A program made the position numbers and the translations under genes. Shown here piece after piece: positions 47,320 through 60,300 of a DNA stretch of 64,000 nt. The notes beneath the pieces are model-generated. The model made no database searches. It had not been told where the DNA came from and worked only from the letters and a program-made list of their open reading frames with translations. Location of the stretch: the NCBI GenBank assembly GCA_016748015.1, contig JAAOMT010000664.1:811518-875517 (forward strand), given 5' to 3'. The stretch is from Geosiphon pyriformis uo1 (taxonomy: Eukaryota; Fungi; Glomeromycota). The stretch's first letter is position 1. Each line of letters opens with the position of its first letter.

Positions 47320-48670
47320 ATGCAACTCGCTTACTTTATGAGCTGCATCTTTTCACGCATTACGCCAACTCTTGCTTTTTTAATTTCTTTTGGCTTCATC
47401 GGTGCTATTTGTATGAGAAAACTAAAGGGATTACTGCAGAAATTATGTCAGAAGTTTTTCCTTTTTGTTGCTATCAATTTGCATCAAGAGATAAGACCCG
47501 ACAAAAATCTGAGGATCTTCGGAAGATGTGTGGTTCGAGACCCACACTGGGCATCAAGGTTCGCCAAAGCCATAAGTTTTATTTATGGGTCCCCTCTTAT
47601 CCGCCCCCCTCAAAAATTCAAAAATATAATTGTTTATGTGACCAAACACAAAGTTATGTGGCAACACCGGACCAAAGTAAGGTATCTGTTCTGTACATGA
47701 CGTCTAACCGTCATGAATGTGTGGAACATCAACTAATCTTGCCATAATTATGAGCATCTGTCAGTATCTATTACAGACGTTGAAATTATCCTTTCATCGG
47801 GGGAATCTGCCTCATCGTATTCAATGGACTTCAAGATTCTGCAAATTTTCATTAATCTGCGCTATTAAACTTGGGTAATGTCATAGCTTTGAGAAGTCAT
47901 TTTGAAGTTGAACACCAAGGGGAAAACAACCTTTAACCATGTTTTTATTCATATTTAAATCATATTTTATTATAATCAAATAACCCGTCAATTTCTCACG
48001 GGAAACTGCTGAACCATAATCATGGTTAAAACCAACTCGGGAAGAGTTAAAATTTCAATTGATTAAAAGCTCGGATCAGTATTAGGTATGAGGCTAAAAT
48101 GTCCATCAATCAATGCCTTGAGGATTCCCCAAGCGCCATTTTTATCTCTGTCTTAAAGTCCCGCAATTCCGGCAATTGTACACTTCGGAACCTCCAATGA
48201 TTTTTATGTTATCACTAGCTTATAAGCCTCATTTTGGATGACAAAACGGATCACTACCTCATCGGCCTTGGCGATCAGAGCATTTTCCGGACAGTCTTCC
48301 ACGTGATTTTTCTCACCTTATGATTCGTCATGTATAACACCTTAAACGGCGCGATCAAAATTGGGAGTGGAGAACAATATCGCTTTCAATCTACAGATAC
48401 ACAATCATTCTCCGTATGTGCGAGACTGCTTTGTCGAATCGCCAACTCTGTATTTCGTTTTGAAGTGGATATACTTGCATAGGCGAAAAATTCATCCAAT
48501 GCCATCGGAGTCTATTTTACTCATGACTTTAGAGGACGAATACCAAGTGAAGGGTTTACGAACGTCAGGATCAATAGACTGCATGGATGGGTCCAAAACA
48601 TATGACGCATGTTGTCATGTAGACCCAGGAAAAAATACATTCGAGAATATGAAAGTTACAATCTGATGTA
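47320..48670 (+). pseudogene. Unidentified, probably decayed coding sequence
   Basis: Gene-like GC and CpG content, a hydrophobic stretch after ATG 47320 and overlapping frameshifted ORFs. No recognisable motif. Confidence 0.25.
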
Positions 48671-49341
48671 ATCTTGTAGGGATAGGCTCACGTATTGCTT
48701 CTACGCTTAGTTCCGAAGTATAAAGGCCATAGCGCGTGTTTGTTTTTATTAAAAAAAAAAGGTTTAAATTAAAAAAATTTTCTGGGACTACATATTTTAA
48801 GAAACTACATGTGAAGATACGAGGCATAAAAATGATAAAATAAAAATAAAAATAAAAAATTTCTCAACGCGAATCATGATAATTTCGTCTCATGCACTCA
48901 GCTCCTGATCATTGGCTTCAGTGATATTAACAGAAGCCGAACCTAAGCAAACTCGTAAGAGCATCAGCAAAAAGATGTTTTTTTAGCCATTTCTTTCCGT
49001 CAAGATTTTTGATGCAGTTACATCGGTTAAATTTAATATCACGTGCATATCAACCAACCATCAAAACAAACTTCTTTTTATAGTAAATCATTAAGACAGG
49101 CTCATTGCAAACAATGGGTTCGAGCATATATGTGATGATCGAGATATTTAAAAATAGTGGTTGTACTTTCATTACTCCCATCTCAAGCTTTATGATATTC
49201 ATTCAATTCCTATGTCTACAGTTTTGTGGAAGAACCATTAAAACCACGATAGTTTAATATCGATTCTCGCTTGTTCTGTATAGAACGCGATATTTGAACC
49301 TATTTTCAATTAATAAAGATTTGCCGCCTTATTTTCAAGAC

Positions 49342-51497
49342 ATGGCCACAACAAACCTTAAAAGTTTACAAAATCAATTGCAAGAGTTACTGGACCTCTC
49401 AGCCCACATCAATGGTATTTTTCATTCAGTTCAAAAGTCGATTGATTTACTTCGTCGCTTTTTGTATAACTGACTATAGTCTACTTCAGTGTTATTACAA
49501 AAACACTCAGAGCTGCTTCGTAAACGAAATTTAGTTAGGCGGAATGGAGAAGACTCCGACGACGATTTCAACATATTGAGCTTTGATGTTGATTTAGCAT
49601 TGCGCTCTCTGCAAGGTTAATTTTCTATCTTGAGCATTGATCTAAATGATTGAAAATTATATAAATGTAGTTTTTGTCAATTATCCCAATCTTTTAATTA
49701 TATCTTCCTTTAATGGTCAAATTTATCCAAAGTTTTCATTCTTTTTGAAAGTTTATTTAATTCTTAAAGGACTTGGGTTATAAATAGTTTCGTAATGTTT
49801 TTTGTGATATTTGGATCATCTTCATCACCTCAACTTACATTTTATCCCAGTAATCTTTTATTAAATTATCTGATTGAATTTGAATCTTGATTTTTTCAAA
49901 GTATTGGAAATTCGAAGAGAAATCCGGGCCGTTTGTGATGAATTGAATGAAGTGAATGAACAGCTTAAAGGTGAAGAACCATCCCGTAATTGGTTTGACT
50001 ATATTGAAGACACGATGGAATATTTGTATACTGTATTGAAAGCAGGGCTAGATGGTAAGTCGAATCTTTTAATTTTTTAATTCTTATTTTTATTTGTTTA
50101 TTTATTTTTAATTTGATCTTTGTAAAGCGGCGGTTGAAGAAAGTCTGAAACCTAATCTATATGACACGCCTTCCAGCTCTCCAAAAGATATTTACAATGC
50201 CACTAGGGTCTATCGTGACTTTTCCTCACCGTCAAAGAAGTTCATGCCTGGATGTAATTATTATTACAAATCTCCGAGCTATAGTAGTAGCAAGTCTTCA
50301 TCTACCACAATGGGTGCTTCACCGCTTCATGGTTCTTTCGCTTTACAACAGGAACCCTTAAGGTCAAATTTTACAAGACGTCTCCCGATTGATACTTGTC
50401 AGGTTTCTGCTGGTCGTTTCTTTATAGGAAATCATCCATTTCTTCAGAGTTACGCAAAGGCATGCCCCACCATTTTGATTTCTGATGAACAAATGATAGC
50501 TGACACTACGGGGATGCCAAGTCATTGGATGACGATGAATGAACATTTAAATGGCTGTTACTATGAACTTGATTCTGCCTCTAAGCATCTAAATCAAATA
50601 ATTAAACAAGAATCCGGCGAAGAGTTTGTCGATGCTTTGGAAACACCCGAAAAGCATATTGAAAGAAGTATCCTTAATGTTGATCGTAAAGCAATGAACA
50701 TTAAAGAGTTAACTGCTCTTGCAGACCAATTGATGAGTCGAAATAGTTCACTCTCTAGCTCGATTCTGAGCGCCGTGGTCGAGGTTGAAGATGAATCGCA
50801 TATTCTTCAGGCATGGTCTACTAAAGTATAAGGAAAAGTGAATTATTCACACTCAAGAAATCATTTAAACGTATTTTTTGTTAATAGGAAGACATTGATC
50901 ATAAAGTAGAATCATCTTTTACTCTATCTACCACCCCATCCATCCCATCCACCCCGCTCTCGTGCTCTCCCAAGTCTTCCGATTACAAAATTACTCTGGG
51001 TCGTGATAAGCCAACACATTTGTTTGCGGAGGAGGTTACTGTCGGCAACCCACTTAGGATAGGTTCCGGCTATGGTTCCTATATTGTATATACTTGTACG
51101 GTAAAGGGCCAAAAGGTAAATTGAATATAATTCTATATTTTTTAAAAATTTAGACCATATCTTTTTGACAATTGAAATCTCAATAGGGCGCGAATATCGC
51201 TGTGAGAAAACGATATTCAGATTTCATCAACCTGCGTGGGCAACTTCTTAAGGACCAACCCTCTTATAGAAAGCTGGTTCCGAAACTCCCTCCTAAAAAA
51301 GTTATTGGTGTGTATTCTTTAATGAAATTTGAATTTCTTTTGCATAAAATAATTCATTGATTTTTTGAAATATAGGTAAATTTGATGCAGAATTTATTGA
51401 AAAACGTCGTAATGAACTTGAGTACTTTTTGACTTATGTCCTTTTACATCCAATGTTGGGGGCGACGCCCGTTGTTTGCCATTGGTTCATAGGATAA
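49342..51497 (+). CDS. PX (phox homology) domain protein, Ypt35-like C-terminus, about 7 exons
   Basis: Spliced GT-AG model from MATTNLKSLQ through ORFs 49902-50053 and 50128-50825 to ...GSYIVYTCTV..AVRKRYSDFINLRGQL..VPKLPPKKVIGKFDAEFIEKRRNELEYFLTYVLLHP...WFIG*. Confidence 0.85.
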
Positions 51498-52204
51498 TTT
51501 CACTCTGTAATGATGCTTCAACGATTGGACTGCATCGTTTTATATTAGCTATTAGCCAACAGCCCCATGTACAAATTCTCCCCTTTTAATGTTAGTTGTA
51601 TTATTTTCAATTATTTATTTAATATAGCATATTTTGGGGATTTTATTATACGGTGTATAGCTTTATATATTTTAATTATTTCAAAGAAGCCAACTGAGCA
51701 GAACGAATATCTATTTATTTTCACGGTTTAGGTTTTCGAAGAGAATAACTGTCCAAATCTTTAAAGTTTTCTGTTAGTTTCTAAACCGTTTTAATCTTGT
51801 CTTTTTATTAGTTCCATTAATATAGTATTATTTCTCATTTTCTAGTTACACTTGATTTGTTCCAAAAAATCTTGTTGTAAATAGCCATGATACCAAGCAA
51901 AAATATTATCAATTTATTTTTACAGAAATAAGGAACTTGGGCCGTTTTACTTTATATAAATCCCACCCTTGAGCTTGGAAAATTTTAAAAACCGAAATTA
52001 ATTTGTGGAAATGTCGCCCGAAAATAAGATAATAAATAAAGATTGGGAAGGTAAAAGTGACCAAGAAACAAATTTCCAACTGACAAATTGAATACGTGAC
52101 CCAATAATTATAGATCAAAAATCACATCACGCCCAACACTATATTTGCCCGCGAGGGGATTTTTGGCTATATTTATCAGGTTACGTCCATTACAGATCAG
52201 AAAC

Positions 52205-55200
52205 TTAATCAATCCATTCCTCTTCATCTTCTTCACGCAGGATTGAATCATTTTTGGGAGCTGAGCATATACACAAGGTTTCCAAATATCCTGGATCAGA
52301 ATTAATTTTATCTAAAACTTGCTGCGCAGCGATCTTTCTTGCTGATCGGATATTGTTGGAAACAGCAAATGAAACAAATTCGTCATGTATGAATATCGAA
52401 CAACGCTGAGAATCGTCATTGAGACTTTCGGTGGTGTGATTTCTTCAATAGCGAATATTAAAGAAAATAAGTATAGAAACTCGAAACTTCAAACAGGAAA
52501 ATGGATATAGGTTGACCAAAATGACTTTGAAGTACCTTAAAAACAACATGGTACATCCTTCTTTTTGCATATATTCTGTTAGCTTCTTGACGGGATGCAC
52601 CTTCAAGGTGTCTGGCGTCACATGAGTACTAAGAACTGACTTAATGCACAAGTCGAACATACGTTGGGGCACTGATATATCGAAGCCTGAATCAACCAAA
52701 ACAGCTCCCAGCATACTTTCAACCACGTCACTTAGAACCTTGGGAACGTCGATATCACTCCAATACTCCCCGACATCTTCGCCTTTTGAACGCATGTCAT
52801 TGACAATATTGTTAAAGATAGTTATCCCCGACATGAGTTTAGGGGAAAAGTGAATGATATGCTTGTGAAGGCCCATTCGCTCACATATGGCACCTAGAAT
52901 TTGATTATTAACAGAAGCATCCTTAAGATCGGTGATCATGCCAGGTGATCCGTCAGGGTATTTCTCAAACAAATATTTGACAGTCATAAAATCCAATATG
53001 GCGTCCCCCAAAAACTCGAGACGTTGATAACAAGACGTAGAAGAGTTAGGTAAGCTCGCGTGGGTTAATGCTTCAACAATCAAGATCTTATTCTTAAAAA
53101 CATATCCTCCACATATCTGTTCAACTTTTTTCACATCTAAGGATTTAAGAGCTTTGGGGTCAGCTCGTGGAGGATTCTTATTGTTTAAATGAAATTGATC
53201 CCATCCAGTTATGTCATCGAAGGGGACATCCAGGGCAATTGCAACTTTTAAAGCTGCTTCTGCTTCGCCACTGAGATAAGCTGCCCCTAGCAACGCCTCA
53301 ACTACATCGGCGAGAGTTTTGTCGGCCAATTCATGAACTTTTTCTTTCTCTAATATTTCTGGATTATCAATTGAGGTTATCATATTAGCTGGTCTCCAGG
53401 CTCGTCGGTTGAAGGGTAATGATGTTATATACTCATAAAGATGAAGCTTCCGTGAACTTCGGTAAAGTGTTTTATTGCATATAATGCGTATACGTTGACA
53501 ATGTAATTGCCCTTCATGCTTATCGGGAAACATCACATAAAGCCTAACCGTTACGCAAAATTTTAGGAACGAATCACCGAGAGTCTCGAGTCTTTCGTAA
53601 TTCATCTCCATGTTCGCAGATGGAGTGCTTAAAGCAACCAATAATAAATCATCGCGAATCGGCAATTCGAGACGGTTTCTTAACTCACGAGCCAAAAGTA
53701 AAGAGTCTAATCTTGTGAATATTGAGGGGAGCAACATCGCTGATCGAAATACGGACGCTCGTATTGAATACTGTTTGCTGAATTCAGGAATTACATACGT
53801 CGCCGTTCTTCCTTTAAGAACAGGAAGAGCACCAGGAACAGGTTGTAGAAAATTCATAATTTTGGAAATTTTCCTTACTTCAAGTAAGGGTTGGTCGGGA
53901 TACTGAGGATCAAGGTCAAATAACTTTTTGTAAAACTCGGCAAAAGTTTCGCAATCAGTTTCACGAAGTGCCACGCCTTGGGGTATAGGCGACAAAGGAT
54001 TCATGTCATAGCGAATGGCCTGCACAAAATATCGCCGTAAGTTGTCAGAATAATCAATGATCACCGCATCCTCCAATTCTGGAATGTTTTCAAGGTCTAT
54101 CGGCATATGTTTGAGGTTCACCGCAATATTAATTCCATCCCAATCAATAAAATCTAAAGTGTTTTCATTAATAGGGGCGTTGCGGACAAGTGGCGCTACC
54201 ATGTAAGTCACTTTTTCGATTTCGCATTGAAATTCTTTGTTGACAATGGAGCTAAAAACACGCAAGGTGAACTTGAACACCAAGTCTAATTTTTCAGCGG
54301 TCAACTTAATACTTTTGGAATAAGGAAAAACATTTAAATTGATTCCGACACTTTGAAGCCACAAAGTAATATCTGGGAAATCAGGAAATTGCTTCCGTGT
54401 TAGTAAGCACAATGTACGATAGGACTGTCCATCAAAAACTTCATCTTGGAGATCTAATTTCAGAATAGTTCCATAAAATTCTTCCGGAGCTTTGGAATTC
54501 TCTTCTAAACTCCAAAGGTCGGGAGATTTTAATCGATATTCTCTTTTAGACTTGCGAGCCCCTTCTACAAGCCCATGTTCATCACGAGTTGGCTTCAACA
54601 TTTCATGATCTTCTTCTACCCATTCAATTGTCGGTAATAAGTGATCATCTAATGCATTCTTTTTATAAAGGTTTAGGCAGGCTTTGAAAGCTACCGCTTT
54701 CTTGGCTATATTGCGATTACGAGATACCTCGCTGACGGCAACACGTACTGGGGAATTATTGGGCAATGTCAAAGTACAGATATAACCACCAGATTCGCGT
54801 TGAATATCAAATTGAGGCTGCAAGTCGCAATAAGGATCACGGGGCAGTTTTGAACAATAATAGTGGAGAAGGGAAACAGCTGAATCATAGCTCAAAAGCG
54901 CCCCAGTCTGTTCAACAATATAACGCTGTTCCGACCCATCAACACCATCATCTGAATCCTCTTCGTCTTCATCAAGAGCTAATTTACGATCTTCTGGAAG
55001 AGTTTGACACCATTGTTTCAATACCTCTTCAGCTTCGTGCATTTCTTGAAGCAACCCTATTTCTCTATTGTTGTCCTTTTCCAGCATTACAATATATTTT
55101 GAATCCTTACGTCGAGCTCTACCCCGAGATTGAATGTAGGCTCGAAGTGTATTAAAGAAATCAAAACTAAAGAGTAGTGAATGATAAAAGTCTTGAGAGG

Positions 55201-56972
55201 AAGTCCAGTGCGTTTTAAAATCAGGTTAAAAAAATATAATAGAATTGGTTCAAAATGTTTACCGGATGACAATATTACAGGGTTGGATATCTAAACCTTC
55301 TTCAGCGACATTGGTAGCGATGAGTAAATTGATCTCTTTATTTCGAAAAGCTGCAATAGTTCTATTTTGTTCTTTAAATTTCATGTGAAGATCACCCTCT
55401 TCATTGGAACCATGTCCTACAAGGACACTAGACTTTATGAAATCTAGGGTGCCGATCTCTCTAATCAAGAGATCCAAAACATTGGCGGTATGCCGGCGTT
55501 CTACAAAAACGATACCACAAAACTCATCTGAATTTTGTCGAAAACAGTCCAAAATTCTAATCAACATAATCACTTTAGGAGACAGAATATGAATTTCTAG
55601 TTCTGGAGGCTCGAATATCCACTTATCAACAATTGCCAGTGCTTTTTGCATGAGACGTTGTTCTTCCTTTAGTAACTCCAAATCATATTTCTCGGGATCT
55701 AGCTTGCCTTCATATTTTTCATTTAGTTCATCTAGAATGAATTTCCATATACGATCTGAGCACCACGGGCCTAGTGTTTTAAGAGCTTGGGAAGCACTCT
55801 GGAAAGCTCTTTGAAGCTTATTTACACCAAGACACTCTTCCAAAAGTGTTTGATAAAGGAGGGTTGGTGAATATTCTGGTGGAGTTTTATATCTACAAGC
55901 AATCTCCTCAGGTCGATTCACGAACTGACGTAATTCTTTTGTATCAATTGCGGTGAAAACCTTGGAATTTAAATTATTTTCGAGGTGGCTTTACAAATTT
56001 TATTCAAAATTGGTGTAAGGATATGGAACATTATTATAAAATAATCAATTTTCTTAATACCTTGCGGATTGTAATTTTTTACGTGTGTTTATTGGAGAAG
56101 CAGTCATCCCAAATATTTTAGGTCGATTTTTCTCAGGACAACGATCATAAAACTCCCTCATAATCAAGTTGTAAGGATGACGTTTTGATGTGTGATGGCA
56201 TTCATCAAAAACCAACAAGTTAACCTTTGCAGCACACAAAATTTGATTTTGAATAAGCATTAACTAACTTTTATATTTCTGATTAAACGAGAACCAGAAT
56301 CCGGAAATTTTTAGTTTCATTTGAGAAGTACTGTAAACAAAACTTTAAACTCACTTGGGATAATGAGATGAAACCATGGCGCAAGATATTCAAGAAAATT
56401 TGAGCAGTCATTACAAGGACATCAAAATTTTCAAAATTCTTCCGCCATTCGCTTTCGCTCCAAAAATCAACACCCATTTCTCCGCAAAAGTATTTTACTT
56501 TTAGATCACAATTAGTCTCGATTACATTAGCTTGCTGAAACACAAGTGGGACAAGATTGACAAGGAAAAAAGTGAGCTTTGTCTAATAAAAGGATGTTCA
56601 ACATAGAAGATTTTAGAGATTTACGGTAGAAGAGAATAAATCAAAATAGCAAATTCTATTTCCAAGCAAAAATCCACATAGTGAATAAATTTGAAAAGAT
56701 TTGTTTCGAAAATTGTTAGGGAATAGCTTTCAAAGATTTCCTACCTCACGCCGTATCATTCTTAGCTGTCTTTCCTCGGCTGCAACATCTTTGATTAGCA
56801 AAACAGAAATAAAGGTCTTGCCACTCCCAGTGTCCAAAACAGCTATTACATTCCCCTTTTTTGATTTTTCCCACAGCTCAACCTGATATTTGCGGGCAGT
56901 TAAGGCTTGGGTAGCAATAACTTCAATTTCCGGTTCTTCTACGGAATCGACCTCATTTTTAGTACCATTCAT
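52205..56972 (-). CDS. DCL: Dicer-like endoribonuclease (DExH helicase, DUF283, PAZ, two RNase III, dsRBD), multi-exon
   Basis: [32 protein letters not shown] and QSRGRAR helicase motifs. DUF283 ([13 protein letters not shown]), PAZ-like region, [11 protein letters not shown] and [11 protein letters not shown] signatures. Last exon 52205-52444 ends EEEWID*. Confidence 0.97.
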
Positions 56973-57329
56973 GTTCCTTTGTCTACCACAAATGAATATA
57001 ACGATTTTTCGAGTTATTCCCAAAATTTTAATATCACATGATATTCTGATAATGCTCAAAATTTAAAATTTAAGTAATTTTTGGTAGTAAAAATGGTTTG
57101 TTGTTTTTTTGTTTTGTTAAAAATTAATTTAAAACTATGATTATTTATAAAGAATAATTATTTTATAATAATATAATTAACTATATATAATTATGTATAA
57201 TTATACAAAAATAAATATTTATAATTATAAAAGATTTTATTTAAAATTTTAATTTTTTTTTAAAAAAAATATATTTACTTTTTTCTTGTATTTTTGTTAA
57301 GTTTTTTTTAAAAATAAAAACAACTAAAC

Positions 57330-60300
57330 AGCGTTTTTTAAAGTACTTTTTTTAAATAAAAAATAAAAAACTTATTTTTTTATTGATTTTTTAACCACAA
57401 AAAAAGCAAAAAAAAATTGAAAAAATACTTTACTATTTTTTTTTATTTAGTTTTATTTGTAAGTTATTTTTTTAACATATTTTTTATAAAATTAAAAATA
57501 TTAAATGTTTTTGCTGTTAATTTAATTAAAAATAAAAACTTGTTTAAATATTAAAAAAATATTCTTATATATATTTAATAAAATAGAAGAAAAACCAAAA
57601 TATTAAGCATTAAAATGTTAATTTTGCTAAATTTTTAAATTTATGTTTTAAGATAATAAGTTAAACAATTATTATAGTAATATTAATAACAAATTAAATA
57701 TTAATAACATAAAAAAATTGATGTAAAAAAATTGGTTTTATTAATAATAAAAATAAAAAAGTTTTTTTAAAAATAAATAATACAACTTTGTATAAGATTT
57801 ATATATTAGTATTTTTTGTTAAATAAGTTTATTAAACAACTTAATTTTAGTGTTTTAAATAACAATAAAATTTTTAATTTTTTTTTTATATTTGATAAAA
57901 AAATTCAAAAAAACTTTTTTTTTATATCTAAAATTTAGAAAAAAAGCATATTTGTTAAAGTTTTTTAATTATTCTGCTTAATATATTTAAACTGTTCTTG
58001 CTTAATCACAAGATTATTCTTAATTCTAATATTGTTGTTATAAAAAAGTTTGTTAGAATTTTTGGCTCTGGTATTGCTAAAAAGAATGTTTTTTTCAGAA
58101 AAAAAAGTGTTTTGAAAAATAATATGATTAATAAAAAAATGTTCATCAAAAAATTGGTTAATTGTTTTTGAAATTCTAAAACTGACAATATTATTAAATT
58201 TAATAGTGTAAATATAAAAAAAACTTTTTGATAAAAAAAACTAATGTAAATTATGGCAATAGATGTTTTAGATAAAAAGAATTTAAATTAGATACCAAAG
58301 AAACTTAGTTTAGTAACTAAGAAAGCACTAAACATATTTTTAAGAAAAATTAAGTTTCTAAGTAAAAATAAAGATGATGTTTTTTTAAATACTTTTGTGG
58401 TTTCTTTTCTTCTTTAAAAAATTTAGTTAATATATTTGTTAGAAAATCTTTTATATTAGATATTAATTTAAATACTATAATAAAAAAATTATTTTAGAAA
58501 AATTTGAAAGTAGTCAAAAAATTGTTTATAGATATTAATAGTTTTAAGAAAATCTTTATTTTTTTAAATTATTTATGTGTTATTTACTTTTAAATTAAGC
58601 TTGATACAGATAACAAAAAAAACAAAAGCTGCAAATATTTTAATAAATGCTAATTTCAAAAAATTGGCTGTTCATTCAAATTAAGCTGTAATAATTAAAA
58701 ATATTCTAATAAAAATATTAGTGAAAATTATGTATACTGTATTATTTAATTTGAATTAATTAAATTAATTAAGATATAATTAATTAGATTATAACAAAAA
58801 ACAATTATAAAATTTAAGCAATTAAGTTATACAAATCTAGTTATAGCAAAATAGTTTATTTTAATTAGGAAAAATACTATATAGATTGTTAGAATTGACA
58901 TAAACAAAAAAACATAAAATGCTAAAAATTATAATAAAGCACTGCTTTATATTTTTTCTGTAAAAATAAATGTTCATAATCTCTAAAACTTTTAGATTTT
59001 GTTGGTAAAAAAATATGTATTATAAATTATTATTTAGTTATATATGTTTAAACCAAATATGTTATAATATGTTTTGATTTTAAATCTTTATTAAATACTA
59101 CTATGTAAATTATACTAGTGCTAAAGAGTGCTAATTTGTGTTAATCTTAATTGGAATTAGCCAAATATGCTAAGTGTGCTAAGTATAAAAAATTGAATTA
59201 TATATTAGTTGATTATATAGCTAATAAAAAAATCTTCTTAAATAATTTTCTTTATAAAATTTTGTTAATATTAGATAAAAACAGGCTTGTCACTATTTAT
59301 GCCAAATAGTTGGTTTTTATTACTTGTCCAGTTTTTTTTGGCAGTATATTTTGAACAAAACTTGTTAATAGTTTCTTATTTTTTTTTTTTTCTACATAAA
59401 AATTATTTAAAATTTGGTTTTTTCTGAAAGTAAAGTTTTTTTTGCCAATTATGTTGAAAGTAAATAATAGATTTGCTATTTTTAAGCACAGTTTTATCAG
59501 TCTTATGAAACAAGTTAGTAAGCTAATTAAAAAATTAAACACACTTAGATCAACAGTTTTTCAGTTTAATCTTGGATATTAGCTATTAATAACTCTTTTA
59601 TTACAAAATTAAGAGACAGATATAGTAATAAGTAAAAATTTAGGTGTGATTATCAGTAGTAAAATTGTTGTAAAAGTGGTATTATTGAATTTGTTAGTAG
59701 TTTTTAAATTGAAAGACAACATAAAAAATTTTTTAAATATAGTTTTGGGTTTTTTGGCCAAAGTAAACAATATTGGTTTGGGCTTGGGATTTCAACTTTT
59801 TTAATAACCAGTTTTGTTTAAAAAATTGCTACATATAATGTCAAGAGAATAAACAATTTAGCCAAGCAAAAAAACATTATTTGTTAATATAAAAAATTTG
59901 GCAATCTAATTTTTTTATAATTGAAATAGAATTAAAAAAACAACACAAATTGTAAATAAAAAACAAGTTTTCTGATTTGAAAGTTTTTGTATCTGGTTTG
60001 AATTCTGGCTATTTATGTTTAAATGTGACAATAATAATAAATAATATATTTGCTTAATATATATATAAAATATTAAAAATTTTAAGTTGTTTTCTATTAA
60101 TTTATTTTTTGTTTAATAATAGTTTTTTTAGTTATAATTATAAAAACTTATGCTGGTGCTTTGACAAGTGTATATTTTGATTAAACTGGTAAAATAAACT
60201 TTTTTATTACTAAAACAGTTAGTTTTGGTTCCTATGTAATACTAAAAAGTAATTTTAATAAAGACAGTATAAGAAAAAGTAATATTTTTAAGAAATATTC

